Shown here piece after piece: positions 27,432-42,114 of a stretch of 64,000 bases of DNA. This DNA is from Octopus sinensis. Lineage: Eukaryota. Every line of letters begins with the position of its first letter. Within the stretch, counting starts at the first letter, position 1. Position numbers and translations under genes: made by a program. The stretch is from NCBI RefSeq assembly GCF_006345805.1, contig NC_043005.1, positions 38,750,001 to 38,814,000 on the forward strand. Reading direction: 5' to 3'. The notes below the pieces were generated by a model. It had not been told where the DNA came from and searched no databases. It saw only the letters and a list, made by a program, of their open reading frames with translations.

Positions 27432-28590
27432 TGTGTGGTGTGTAAGGAGATATTTCGGGAGTACGCAGGACATTATCTAATTTACCTAATGCAGCATTGA
27501 AACGTTTAATGTAAAATGTAAAATGATGGAGAATTGTCGGGTTATTTCAGAATATAATTACTGTTCTATTTTACAATATGTATTAGATGTGTCAGGTGAA
27601 GGAGAAAATGCTATTCATATTACGGAAATAATTTAAGGAATGTATATGATTGCATTAAGCTATCACCTTCAAGGAGTAATTTCACTATAGACATTTGGAT
27701 TGTTTTAAATATAAACCATGGGTTATGTTATGATATTAGAATAATTCAAACATAGAATAATTTCTCAATGTACATGAAGCAGAGAAAGAGTTTACGTAAT
27801 CTATCGTATAACAGTGCAGCTCGACTACATTTTAGGTTGATGTATAGGGATGTTTAATAAATGTATAGGAATCTTATATGTATGGAGAGGTTAAATCTAT
27901 CTCTCGCCATGTTGAACCACTGAACTCAATACGTTTCTTCTTCATCTATTTATTTTCTCGTATTCCTTTCTATCGATGAGCAGAGGATCGAAACACGTAA
28001 AAGACTTTTCCATTTTTTTCCGAGTGCCAAACTAATACACTAGTTGTTCCTACACCTGATTACGTCCTTCTTTTTCTATAAATTTGAACTATATATAAAT
28101 TTGAACTATATTTGAACTAATTGAACAGCGGTGGTGCCCCAGCATGGCCGCAGCCTTCGGGCTAAAACATTTTTAAGGATTTCATATGGATAATTTATGG
28201 TCAAAGGATTAAATAGATAATGTATAAAGATGTTAAATAAATATATGGGGATGGTTTATACAAACATACGTAGACACATACATAATACATACATATATAC
28301 ATACATATCATTAGATGAAAAACACTTATAAAAGAAAAAGTCGAAGGCTACCCATGGGACACGAATACCCAGCTTCTGTTAATATGATATGCCAGTAGTT
28401 CTACCATAGAATCAAAGCTTTCGTACTTACAATCCTAACCAGCGATAATTGTAAGTTGTTGACGTCAAACTATGTAGACTCTTCAGCTTTCTCTATCCAC
28501 ACCATTTTCAGGCTATTTTATTTATATAGTTTCTCTACTTCTGGTTTTACATTGCACAAAAAGAACTATTCCACCTTTTCCCGAAGATTC

Positions 28591-28925
28591 TATTAGGTTG
28601 TCAAGAAGATTCTTGCGGAATTTTAAATATTGGTTTTAAATGATGTATTTTCAAATTAATTATTAAATTACTTTGACTTTATATATAATTTTAAAGCCGG
28701 ATTTTCGCTCTATCTAATCGTGTTAGTCTTTTTCTTTTTGAATGATTAGGCCATTTTTTCCAGAACGTTGAATACAACATGGACAAAAAGCAAATTCGCA
28801 CAATTTTCTTATTCCTGTTCAAGCTAGACCGAAAAGCTGTTGAAACAGTTCGCGATATCAACGATGCGTTTGGCCCAAAACACTAATTAATGTCCAGCAC
28901 AATGGTGGTTCAATAAATTTCGTAG
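28591..28925 (+). mobile_element. Mariner 5' fossil (TIR plus HTH)
   Basis: It begins with a tattaggttg TIR-like start, followed by [41 protein letters not shown]. Confidence 0.8.
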
Positions 28926-28939
28926 GTGGGTGGGTGGGT

Positions 28940-28940
28940 G

Positions 28941-29039
<99 letters not shown>

Positions 29040-29200
29040 GGATGGACGGATGGATGGATGGATAGATGGATGGAAGGACAGATAGATGGATAGATAGATG
29101 GATAGATAGATGGATAGATGGATGGATTGATGGATGGATAGATAGATTGATAGATAGACAGACAGATAGACAGACATGTAGATAGATAGATAGATTAGAT

Positions 29201-29255
<55 letters not shown>
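28940..29255. repeat. (GATA)n/(GGAT)n microsatellite
   Basis: Seen by direct inspection. It is representative of the dozens of TA, CA, TATG and GATA tracts in the window. Confidence 0.97.
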
Positions 29256-29748
29256 CTTTGTATGTGTATGAGAGTGTGTGTGTGTAAAAACATTTTGCTT
29301 CCAACCAAAGTTCAGTTCCACACTTTGGCCAGTGTCCTCTTCTGTAATCCCGAGCCGATCATACTTTTGTAAGTGGATTTGGTAGACGGAATCTGAAAAA
29401 AATTTGTGGTATATATGCATATGTGTCTGTGCATGAGTGCGAGTATTTATACGTGCGCGCGTGTATGGGTATGGGAGTGTGCGTGCCTTGCTGTTTGGCA
29501 CTCACTATCCCTTAACAACAGGTGTTTAGACCCCAGTTATCAAGCGGTTCGGCAAAAGGAAACCGTTTCAATAAGTAGTGGAGTCGACTCTTTCGACTAA
29601 ATCCCAGCATGCCTGAAGTCTAATGTCTGAAAGGAGTAAAAGATAAAAAATGTGTACACGTATATCTTTATATATACATGCACTATATATATATATATAT
29701 ATGTAATATATATATATATATATTATATATACATACATATATACATAC

Positions 29749-29790
<42 letters not shown>

Positions 29791-30216
29791 CGTCTGTGTG
29801 ATTGTGAGTGTGAGCGTGTTTGTCCTGATGGATTGGTTTTTATATATTCCATTTATGCTAATATGGTTTTTGTTTTTATTTCTAGTCAAAAGACTGTATT
29901 CTTTGTTTTTGTGTTGATCTTTATTCCTCTCTGTCTGTTTGCCGTAAATATTTTTCCTTGTCGTATGTAGTTTTCTGTCATGTTTTTAGCGTTTAGACTG
30001 TTTATTGTATTTTCCTCTTCTTGTTTACAATTACTGTCGTTTTTGAAACGAGTGGTTCTGCGAGTTATATTCGGCAAAAGGATATTGACACCGAATTCTG
30101 CAGCTCACGTATTCTTCTCCGTGTTCTTGTGTGTGTGTGTGTGTGTGTGTGTTGTTTCACGCATATTTACATACACGAAACATAGGTGAACACACAGAAA
30201 CACGCACATACACATC

Positions 30217-30276
<60 letters not shown>

Positions 30277-30349
30277 AGAGGAAAAATCATAAAAGGTCAG
30301 AATACTAAATTGAAGGTAAATTTTAATAAAAATGGGTGGTAATATATAC

Positions 30350-30392
<43 letters not shown>

Positions 30393-31004
30393 TATATATT
30401 ATATATATATATATATATATACATACAAATGCTACAGATATCAATATAGAACGAAAGAAATAAGATAACTGTTCTCAATGAAACTCTCTGAATAAGTCCT
30501 TAGGAAACACTGTGAAATGTTTCCAAAAATTCCGACCTCGTTTTGCTAATTTAGACTAATGGATTGCATTCCTTGTCTGAAATGCATTTTATATAAGTAA
30601 AACAGTCGTTATCAAGCTGATTAGTGCTAGGAATATCTTGTCGACAGAAATATGCTTTTTGAAAACTGAGGCTTACCATTTCAAAACACCTGGATACTTT
30701 ATTACTACTTTATTGGTTTGGGGATTCACTAATAGCTTAGTCTGAAGGTGACTTGCCAAGCATTCGTTCCACCAAAATATTTCCTCTCATCTGATATGAA
30801 AACTCGCCTCCAAGTCCTCTTACCTACTCCTATTCAACTAGCATTCTGTATTAAACATCGACGCTTCATATTAATCTGTCTGATCTTTTTGCAGCTGTGT
30901 TGTGTGCCATTTAATATGTTAGTAGTCATTTGGGCTTCGTGCCACATCCCCAATCAGGCCACTCTTCTCTTTTGTCAGCTTGAATCTACATAGATAACAT
31001 CATC

Positions 31005-31452
31005 CTATTTCTTTGCTACCCACAAGGGGCTAAACACAGAGAGGACAAACAAGGACAGACAAACGGATTAAGTCGATTATATTGACCCCAGTGCATAACT
31101 GGTATTTAATTTATTGACCCCGAAAGGATGAAAGACAAAGTCGACCTCGGCGGAATTTGAACTCAGAACGTAACGGCAGACGAAATACAGCTAGGCATTT
31201 CGCCCGGTGTGCTAACGTTTCTTATTTCTTTATTGCCTACAAGGGGCTAAACATAGAGGAGAGAAACAAGGACAGACAAACGGATTAAGTCGATTATATC
31301 GACCCTAGTGCGTAACTGGTACTTGATTTATTGACCCCGAAATGATGAAAGGCAAAGTCGACCTCGGCGGAATTTGAACTCAGAACGTAAGGCAGACGAA
31401 ATACAGCTACGCATATCGCTTGGCATGCTAACATTTCTGCCAGCTCGCCGCC
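31005..31452 (-). mobile_element. Tandem pair of tRNA-derived SINEs (family a)
   Basis: Two near-identical units lie at ~31005-31222 and 31224-31452. The minus-strand head is ggcggcgagctggcagaa..gagttcaaattccgccgaggtcgactttgcctttcatc. Confidence 0.88.
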
Positions 31453-32403
31453 TCCTTCTCCTTTTTGATATTAACATACATTTAAAATACATCGTAGAAA
31501 ACTGTACAATATACTAGTAGTAACTGATGGAAAGGAATAGAATTGCAGCTTCTATAATATATCCTTTTATCTATTGAAATTGCAGGATTATTAAAGAATG
31601 GTTCGTAATGGATACAAGATGCCACCTACATAAAACTGAAAGCTGCTGGACAAACGAAAACATAAACTGTATAAATCTGGTGAAACTAGCCAATTCTTAC
31701 ATTACAATAAAGTAACATGTATGATAAGGAGAAACGAAAGTAATCCTGAAGAAAGAAGACAAAAAAAAATCTTGAGACTTTAAGAAGTGTGATATGAATA
31801 AGAGATAATAGATGCGTAAATGTGTAATGCCACTAAGAAATGGCACTATCAAAACTAGGTGTTCGAAAATTACCAAAAGAACAATTTTAAGAAAGCAAGT
31901 AGTACGGGCTAGCAACGAAATAATAACATATCAATAATCTCCTTCTGAAAACAATTTTACATCAAACATGATTCTCATTTACTGATGGGAAAAGTCTCGA
32001 GATTGTTAAAAAGTGAAGTAGTACCGATAGCTCATTTCAATATATTACACAAATGTACTAGTTTAGTTTTCCTTGTGGAAAATTACACGCGCACTCACTC
32101 GCATACGCACACACATTGTTTGATGCGTTTATGTGTTGTTGTATACAAACACAAATTAGCATTAAACAAAAGGATTATTCAATACATTTCAGAAGAGTAC
32201 ATATTTACTAAACTTTTACAAGAAGTTTGACAATGGCTTCGACTATCCAAAGCTAAAAGTAACCTATGTAAAGCATTGCCTGACAAATTTTACATCGGCG
32301 TCAGTGGTATATCTGTTATAACACCAGTGACAAAGAAGACATTACCAGTCTACAATATTTGAACAAAGGATTATTATTATTATTATAATTAGTAGCAGTA
32401 GAT

Positions 32404-32440
<37 letters not shown>

Positions 32441-32669
32441 CAGCAGCAGCAGCATATGCAAATATTGTCGATTGGTGATGTCTTCTTGGTCGCTGGTGCT
32501 ACAACAGATACACTACTGACACCGAAGTAAAATTTTACTTCGGCTTCAGAGTTGTATCTGTTATAGCACCAGTGACCAAAAAGACATCACCAGTTTACTA
32601 TATCTGTATATGTTACTACTACTGCTGCTGATGATGATGATGATGATTATAATTGTAATAATAATACTC

Positions 32670-32878
32670 CTTTCTTCTATAGGCACAAGGCCTGGAATTT
32701 TGCGAGAGGGGGCAAGGCGATTACATCGACCCAAGTGCGTAACTGGTACTATTTTCATCGACCCCGGTAGGATGAAAGGCAAAGTTGACCTCGGTGGAAT
32801 TTGAAATTAGAACATAAAGATGGACGCAATGCCGCTAAGTCTTTCGTCCGGTGTGCTAATGATTCTGCCATCTCACCG
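32670..32878 (-). mobile_element. SINE family a copy
   Basis: It shares the aactggtact..atcgacccc..ggatgaaaggcaaagttgacctcgg..aatttgaa block. Confidence 0.8.
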
Positions 32879-33079
32879 ATTTTTTTTATAGCTATTAAAA
32901 ATAAATTGTTATATGTGTCAAAAACCACAAAATTGTTGCTGGTTGCTCAGTTCTTGCTACTACAGAATAAAAAACCAAGCATGTTAGTTGGCCAATACTC
33001 ACACTGGAGCATATGCCGTCACTATGAGGAGAAGAAGAAGAAGGGGAGGAGGGGAGGAGGAAGAATACTGTATGGAATT

Positions 33080-33320
33080 CGGGAGGGTAATGTAAAATTG
33101 ATACCAGTGGCGATCTGAGCGCTGAGCTGAATCTCATTGAAAATTCAAGACTTCTTAAGGCAACTAGACATCCCATGCAAGATTGATGTCTTGCAAAAAG
33201 CAGTTTTGTTGGTCACAGTGCACATCTTATGGAAAGTAGTATCTGTCTGAGGTCCTTGTTATGACTTGGCAGATGACTAAAGACTCCGGTGCATTTTTAT
33301 CTACACTGTGTCGCGAAGGA
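33080..33320 (+). mobile_element. R4/Dong-like LINE extreme 3' fragment
   Basis: It reads LQKAVLLVTVHILWKVVSV*, then a short UTR and (aat)n. Confidence 0.6.
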
Positions 33321-33326
33321 ATAATG

Positions 33327-33360
<34 letters not shown>

Positions 33361-33395
33361 TGATGATGATGATGATGATGATGATTGATGATTGA

Positions 33396-33429
<34 letters not shown>

Positions 33430-33490
33430 GGTGGTGGTGGTGATGGTGATGGTGATGATGATGGTGATGATGATGATGATGATGATGATA

Positions 33491-34048
33491 GTATGCCCTG
33501 ATGCAGTACCAGACAGTGGCTCTCGTGGCTTCTGATCTTAACTGATTGGAAGTGTTATCATGTACATTGTTATGTCTTGGTATAAAAGATGGGCTACAGC
33601 AAATATTCTGCTCAATACCACAGATTTGTTTGTCAGTTGTTTGACCGTAACCAGTTGGCCATGTACCTTAATGGCTGACGATATGCGCATCTCTGATCAT
33701 GAGCAGAAGTAGTGGGGGAGCATCATAGCGGTGTGTTGAAAGGAATTCTTAGAGGTTTGGATAATTCACCTTTGGAAACATGGGTGTTTTGTTCAACATC
33801 CTTAAACAACCCTTATTCAGGGACCTTTTGAGCTGGATGGGCTACTCGACCAGATGAAAGTTCTAACTGGGCCCCACGTGGAAGTTCATGTGCCGTTTAT
33901 CTTGATATGAAATCACCATGTCGCGCACATATGGTTCTGATGCATGTGCCTTGTGTACCCTTATCAAACGGGTAGTGATGATGGGTATACTGAGCTACGT
34001 ATATTTTACCCCATTGCCACTTTGATGGCATGCACTGCTCTCTCACTC
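33491..34048 (+). mobile_element. ~560-bp non-coding interspersed element flanked by (RAT)n repeats
   Basis: Its 3' 330 bp match 16500-16829, and it ends gcactgctctctcactc followed by (aat)n. Confidence 0.8.
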
Positions 34049-34103
<55 letters not shown>

Positions 34104-34109
34104 TAATAA

Positions 34110-34322
34110 TCTTTCCTACTATAGGCACAAAGTCTGAATTTTGGGGGAGGGATAAGTCAATTATATCGTTCCCCGTATCAACTGGTACTTAATTTATCGA
34201 CCTTGAAAGGATGGAAGGCAAAGTCGACCTCGGCGGAATTTGAACTCAGAGCGTAGCAATGGGCGAAATACAGCTAAGCACTTCGTCCATCGCGCTAACG
34301 ATTCAGCCAACTCGCGACCTTC
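34110..34322 (-). mobile_element. SINE family a copy
   Basis: It has the same head and central block as 31224-31452. Confidence 0.8.
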
Positions 34323-34332
34323 AATAAAAATA

Positions 34333-34400
<68 letters not shown>

Positions 34401-35049
34401 GTAACAACAACAACAACAACAACAACACCAGAGAGATGCTCGCTAATTTCCCAAAACAGACTATTGCATAATATGATATCTAATTGGAAAAGCGCCAACT
34501 ATTTATTGTCAAGTCCTGTCGAATGATTGACAAATACCTCATTAGCGAGATAGTATTATATGTCGAAAAGAGACAAAATATATAAATAGAATAAAACAAA
34601 TGAACTTCTTTCACTCATTATAGAGAAAAGAAATATAAACAAACTGATTTATTCATGTAGTATAGATTTACCAAACTTTCGGACATTGCAAATATGTAAA
34701 TAAATTGATGCATATAATTAAACAAAATGAATAACCGATATGTATTTCAAGACGTTGGTATTTCCTGTTATCATTTTCTTATATTATTGTTCGCATGTTT
34801 TTTATCTATCGATTGAGATCACACCAGAGAGTAGAACAAAAAGTGAAAGAGAAATCACAGATGGGTAGACGTGACTAGCTACCTCGTTAAAATGCTCGCT
34901 TTCTACTATACGAGATTGGGTTGAGTCATATTGTCAGGTATTCTTTATGTCAGATATTCCTTAGCTTAATGGTACAGAGCGCTCGTCCGGAATTTTAGAG
35001 CTACAGTGTTCGTTCATCTGAAGAGGTTTCCTGGCCTAATTTTATGCCT

Positions 35050-35790
35050 AGGTGCGATTGTGTAGTAGGAAGCTTGATTCCCAAGCACGTGATTTTAGGT
35101 TCAATTCCACTGCGTGCTCTCTAATATAGCCTCAGGTCAACCAAAACCTTGTGAGGAGATTTGGTAGACGGAAACTGAAAGACGTTCGTCGTATGTATGT
35201 ATGTATGTATGTATGTATGTACGTATGTATGTATGTATGTATGTATGTATGTATGTATGTATGTATGTATGTGCGTGTGTGTGTGACAACATGTCTTGGT
35301 GCGTTTACGTCTTTTAACTTAGCGGGTCGGTAAGAGAGGCCGATAGAATGAGTACTAGGCTTTAAAAAATGTATTGCAATTGATTCATTCTTGAAGGCGG
35401 TGCCCCAGCATGACCACAATCTAATGACTAAAAGAATGACAAGATAACGATGAAAGATAGTATAGCCCAGGGATGACCAATGCCTGAGGAGTGAATTAAG
35501 CAGACTGAAACTGTGCGGAAACCCGTCGTATATATACACGCACACATGTATATGCATGAATCTATGTGTCTTTTTGTCTGGTTCCGTCACCCTATCATCA
35601 CTTGGTAACCAGCGTAGATTCCTTTATGTCTCCATAATTTCGTTGTTGGTAAATGAGTCCGATAGAATATGTACCGGATGTTTTTTATGAAAAAAAAAAG
35701 CAGAATCACTGACTGAGGTTGTATCTTTTTTCCTACTAAAACCCTTCAATGCAGTGTTCCAGGCTGGCCACATTTAGTGACTAAAAATTG
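35050..35790 (+). mobile_element. Two degraded SINE family b copies
   Basis: The blocks tttggtagacggaaactgaaaga, ccgatagaat and ggcggtgccccagcatg are each seen twice in degraded form. Confidence 0.65.
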
Positions 35791-36823
35791 TTTTTAAAAT
35801 AACAGATAAACATTATCAAAATATTCATTATTTGATTATTCAGATGATTGTGGAGGATACACCAGCCAATATGTAGAGAGTGGTCTGCTGCTCCTGCTGA
35901 CGATGATGCTGACGACGAAGACGAAGACGACGACATCGACGGTGACGACGACGACAACGACGGCGGCGACGACAACGACGGCGGCGACGACAACGACGGC
36001 GGCGACGACGACGACGACGATGATGGGGATATGAAAATGTAACATGAACGTAGCAAACAATAAAATATCATTGTAAAATAACTCTTCAAATTGATGTGAC
36101 AACATTTAATGGAAGGATAATATGGAGTCCTAAAAGATAGACAGAAGGATATATATCTCCTTTTTTTTGTATATCTGGCGATTGTATAGATAATTAAGTG
36201 TATTCCAACAGTTGATTGAAACAGAACACATTAACCCTATAGGAGCCCGAGAGTTAAGCAGAACGTGTGTAAATTCATGCATACCCGTGAGGGTGCATGT
36301 GCTTATAATGCGTGAGTGTGCGTGTATATATATACCTCTCTCTCTTCTCTCACCACGTGACCGGTGTTCGGCCAGGCCTGACCTTTCTTTCTTGGTACAA
36401 CTGCCATCCGTTTCAACATCTATATACTTTCCTGTACCTATTAAATTCTATGTCCCTGCCGTAAGGCTTTACTTCCACACACACCAGCTTAATCTAATTC
36501 GTCCTAAGTCGAAAGACACCTGTTGCTATGTCATATTAATTGCATTTGTATTTGTGTAACATTTCTCTGTTTCTTTTTTCGTCCTTGTTTTCATATACAT
36601 TCACTGCTTTCTTCCAAGGAATCTAATGCTCTTAGCTTATTTTTCCTTGGGGCTGGTCAAATTGGAGCAATCTCGGGTTTAACCAGCCGAAATTGCAAAG
36701 ATAATCTAGAAGTCAACTGAGGATAGAAAACTACGAATGACACGTCCTTGTTTTCCGTGTATCGTCTGTCTGGATATTTTAGATGTTTTGCGTTCTTGTC
36801 CCATTATTGTATTTTATATATAT

Positions 36824-36868
<45 letters not shown>

Positions 36869-37337
36869 ATACATATAAAAGGGATGACCTGTAAGTGAAC
36901 ATCCATTATGCAAGAAGAAGATCCGCTACTGTCTAACCACTAAGAAAGGAATGCTGTCAAGAAGATTTAGCAAAACGCCAGAACGTAAGCGAGCAAGACA
37001 AATGAAAAGATACAAAATATAGATTAATCACAAACCCAATTTCGTTGCTAATGATTTACGTAATCATTTACTTAATTATCCACAGACTCTTCATTATGAT
37101 CGTCTTAGCAACTATAATTTGCAGAACAATACACGAGACGTTTGCATGAGATTGAACATGTATACATGTATACATGTATACATGTATCCAGTTTTACCAA
37201 TTGGTAAAAATATGTATGTTATATAATTTTTTTGAAACTCCAGATTTTTAAATATGTTAGACCACTGGTTTTAAATTGATATTAAGTTAATATTCAATTT
37301 TCACCCTTATTTTAAATTTAAATTTATATATATGCAT

Positions 37338-37429
<92 letters not shown>

Positions 37430-37433
<4 letters not shown>

Positions 37434-37718
37434 AGTAAATAAATGGAGTTGAACGCAGATGTTATTCAAATTCTTTTACTTTCGACATATGTTTCGAAGA
37501 CAACATTGGTTTTATTCCAAAGGAATAAACTGTGTAAAATAATACAATCTTATCAGGAAAGAAAGAGAACCTATCTCAACAACAAGACATTATAACAGTT
37601 TTGCATTATTTTACGCAGTTTATTCCTTTGGAATAAAACCAATGTTGTCTTCGAAACATATGTCGAAATTAAAAGAATTTGAATAACATCTGCGTTCAAC
37701 TCCATTTATTTACTTATA
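37430..37718. repeat. Inverted repeat with ~118-bp arms carrying hammerhead 3' halves
   Basis: 37430-37547 is a near-perfect reverse complement of 37601-37718. Confidence 0.93.
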
Positions 37719-39199
37719 CTATACAAATTACTGAACATTAACCCGGCGTTTCTACTTTTGAAGAGGTCGCTACATCCTTGTTACTTGCGGGAATTTTGTT
37801 ACCCTGGTAACTGTTTATTGAATTTTCCATGTTAACGGTAAACAACGGATAATTCATTCATTCACCCATTTGTATATATGTATATGAACATATATGTATA
37901 CACACAGACACGCATATATATATATATATATGTATGTATATATGTTCATATATATATATATATATGGGGGGCGGGGTGTGCATGTGTGTGTATGTATGCA
38001 TGTATGTGTATGTATGCATGTATGTTCATATATATATATATATAGCGCGGATTTGCTAAATATTAACAATAATATACGTATATTCATTTTGAATTCTATT
38101 TTCCCTCTTTGCATCAAAATACCTATGTGTGTTTGTGCATGTGTGTGTGTGTGTGTGTGCGTGCTTGTGTGCGTGTGTGTTTGTGAATAAATGCATACGC
38201 GCTATAAACATGTGTACCCTCACTCGTACATGCGAACTCACACATATACACGTTATTCTTAACTCTCAAATACATATGGGGTTAATGAGTTCTGTAGTAT
38301 CAATCAACTATTCGAGTAGATTTCATAGTCTCTACACTCTCAAAATAATAATAAAAAAGATACGAATCAGGTGTGTAACTGTGTACGTTTTTTTTTAGTA
38401 TGTATATATGTGTATGTGTAGGAAGTACAGGCAGTATGGTTGCGCGTTAAGAGAAGTTTCTATTGAGCTTATTCAATACGTAACATGCTAACGAAAATGA
38501 TACCTATCTTGAAGTGAAATGCGGAAAACCTAACGTAATTTTATAGTAAAAACGACAGTAGACTATTAATAATTGATCTAGGTATCTAAACCAAGTTATT
38601 CTTAATGAAATAAAGCTAATTCCCTTACTAGCTTAGCGTATAGCATATTCAAGCAATATTATTACATGTCTGGTGCTCATATTATCGAAGAATAAATTCC
38701 GTTTGAACTCAACACGTCGAAAGAGAAATTTAAGTAGAAAATGTTTAGAGTCGTGTTCTAAGTAACAATTTTGCTGCCGTTACATTAAAAGAATGATCTA
38801 CCAGTTTTTTTAATGGATAAAAAATATAGGTGATGGTTGGTACGTTTTGGTAATTAGAACTACTTGGTCATTACTAGCCTAAGGCTCAAATCCCATCTAA
38901 CTTACGCAACATATACATTACATAAGCTTTACCTTCGTGCGAAAACGTATAACACGTCACCTGCAGCATATACGTAACAAAAATTTCCGAAACAAAGCAA
39001 AATATAAAAATAACAGTGTACATCACCAGAGCCAAATGACAATACTGCACTAATTGCAAAATTTCCAAAATGCAACTGTTAGTATAGCAGAAACTTGCAT
39101 TGAATGTTTGAATACTTTGACTGTAATAAAAAAAAATGTGGATGTTGGATCAAGCTCTACCCATCAATTAGTAGAGTAATACCAAATCGCGGACAGTCC

Positions 39200-40822
39200 T
39201 TTTTATGTACAACCGGAAATTCGACAAAACAAACTCAATGCAGGAACGGTCTGTGGATCTTTATAAGGACCCCGATAAAGGTAATGAAACAGATAGTTAC
39301 CGACCTATCTCCAGCTTACACTTGTTGTGGAAGTTGAGGGCAAGAATAATATCTAATTGTGAGTATGACTTCTTGGGAATAAATGACAATGCCAGTGGAA
39401 GAGAAGAGACACAGGAGGAAAATCTGAGGGAAAAGGATCATTTTCTTATAGAGAGAATGGTGCTGAATGACTGCAAGAAAATCTTACTCCTCTGGATATG
39501 GCCTGGATCGATTATATGAAAACTTGTGACATGTTCCCCATTCCTGAGCTTTATAAAGTATTGAATAAGTACAGCAGGTGTTTGATAACATTTTAAATAT
39601 TATCAGATCGATGAAGAAACGGAATACACAGTTAATATCATGTGGAAAATATTTAGCGAGGGCATCAAAAGAGGCATATTTCAGGGAGATAGTCTGACAC
39701 CACTGCAGTTTGTGATTTTTAAGATACCCCTAACACAGATATCACGGAAAGTGACATCGGGGTACACCTTGAAAAATGGAGAAATGATAAATCACTTGTT
39801 ATATATGTATGACTTTAAAATCATCGGGAAGATTGAAAGTGAAATTAATGGACTGGTATTAACAGTGCAGATTTTCAGTACGGATATTGGGATAGAATTT
39901 AGAATTAAAAAGTGTGGTATGCTTGTCACCAAAAAAGCAAAGTAGTGTCATCTGACGATATAAAACTATCCAACGGTGGGAGAATCAAAATTGTTAAGAT
40001 GGATGGATATAAGTATATGAGTGTTTTGGAGTATGACAAAATCAAGGAGAGTGAGGTGAAGGAAAGCTTTTGACGAGAATACCCCAGAAGAACCAAATTA
40101 ATTATGGACAGTAGACTCAATGGAAAGAACAAAATTAGGGCAATGAAGACATGGGTCATTTCTTTCATGCGATGCGATGCAGATGTTGTCAGGTGGACAA
40201 AAAAGGAGCTCAAGAAATTGATAGAAAAGCAGGAAGGTGATGACAATGGAAAGGAACTGTTCTCTAAACACGACATCGGTAGATACAAGGGAAGAAGAGG
40301 CTTCATAGGTTGCAGGATCTGCGTTGTTTATGAGGAAAACAGTCTGGGATGGTACGTTAAACAGCAGATTGAACCTTTCTCGCTGTTAGAAATAACAAGA
40401 TGATACTTACTGAAAATATGACACATCTAAAAACATTTAGGAAGCAAGATGGAGAACAAAGATTAAACAGCTGCAAAATGAAAACTTTGCAATACCTCAG
40501 AGAAATCGAAGGGGAAGACAAGGCCAATACATGGAGGTGGTTAAGGAAAAGTGATCTGAAAGGATGCACTGAGGCATTGATTGCAGTTCCCATGAGCAAC
40601 CTCTAAGAACTTACACCATGTTCCAATAGATAAGATCCTTGTAGGATGTGTGGCAACAAAAACGAAACAATCTCACATATTGTTAGTGTAGCAAAATGAG
40701 GCACGATAATGTGGATAAATTTGTTCGCCTGAATGAATACGGTAACGGCACGAAAATAAATCAGAAGGCGTTACTGAGAATAATGAATATAAGATCTTAT
40801 GGGATTTTACAATCCAATGCTA
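39200..40822 (+). mobile_element. Degraded R4/Dong-like LINE (RT to endonuclease start)
   Basis: Motifs include YRPISSL, KRGIFQGDSLTPLQFV, INHLLYMYDFKI, DIGIEFRIKKCG, LNGKNKIRAMKTW, WLRKSDLKGCTEALIA, ETISHIVS, RHDNV and KILWDFTIQC. Confidence 0.88.
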
Positions 40823-40918
40823 CTCACTAATTGAACTCACAAGATAAAGACGGAAGAAATGCGCTACACATTTTATTCGACTTCCTAGTGATTCGACTTC
40901 CTAGTGGCTTTCTCGATA

Positions 40919-40989
<71 letters not shown>

Positions 40990-41999
40990 CTCTCCGTTAT
41001 AGTACACATGGATTGAGATTTAGAAGTGGCGTGTGATAGTTGATTACACCGACACCAAAATTTAGTTGGTACATATCTTATCGATCCCGAAATGATGAAA
41101 TGGACAGTTAAACTCGGCGGGATTTGAGCTCCGAACATAATGAGACAGGAGAAATGTCGCTAAACATCTTGTTCGACGTGCCACATATTGATATTTAAGT
41201 AGAATTGGCTTGGTGACCTACATGAGTTTTTTTCTATAGACAGAGAAAACTAACAATTATACTTCAACGCTGCAACGAAGGTGGCAACTCCAAACTCCGC
41301 CAAAAATTATTTAAAGAAACAAAAAGACAAAACTATATATCTACTTATCGGCAGACAGAAATGGTATTATCGGGCTAAAATCTTTGCAAAATTGTATTAT
41401 GTTGAATTGCAGTTCTATTGTGACAGAAGAAAGAAAAACATTGGTGTACAAGTTAACGGAAATCAATGGTTGAGTCGAAGAAACATCTTTAGCTAAAATT
41501 AATATGGGTTATTTGGAAATCTAGACTACTCTTTGGTGGCTAGCATTGATTTTGGAGTTGTATAGTTGTATGACTATATATCTACAGGTCTATTGTCTAT
41601 ATATACAATATCTTTTCAAACACGTTCTTTCGATTTTTCATAGATCAATCCTCACTCTCTCTCTTGCTGTCTCTCTCCGCCTGCCTTACTGCCTGCCTGT
41701 TTCTCTCTCTCTTTTTCACCTTCCCTCTCTGCTTGCATATGGGTGTGCATTTGTTAGTGTATATGTTTATGAGTGTGTATATATATATATATATATATAC
41801 ACACACATATATCTGCATGTACCTATAAACAAAAGAACACAAATATACACACATTCACGTACAAACATACACACGCACCACACACAAACACACACACATA
41901 CACGAATTATTACAATTTCACACATATATGTATGTATACATAGATACCCGTATATAATACATATGCATATACATACATATATACATACAAATATACATT

Positions 42000-42114
<115 letters not shown>

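Noticed and set aside
35848-36042. Poly-Asp/Gly ORF
   Set aside because: It is a (GAC/GGC)n trinucleotide repeat with no supporting gene structure.
36714-36750. Possible hammerhead (ctgagga..gaat..gtc), also on the minus strand near 24455-24490
   Set aside because: It has GAAT instead of GAAA in both copies, and no convincing stem I could be formed.
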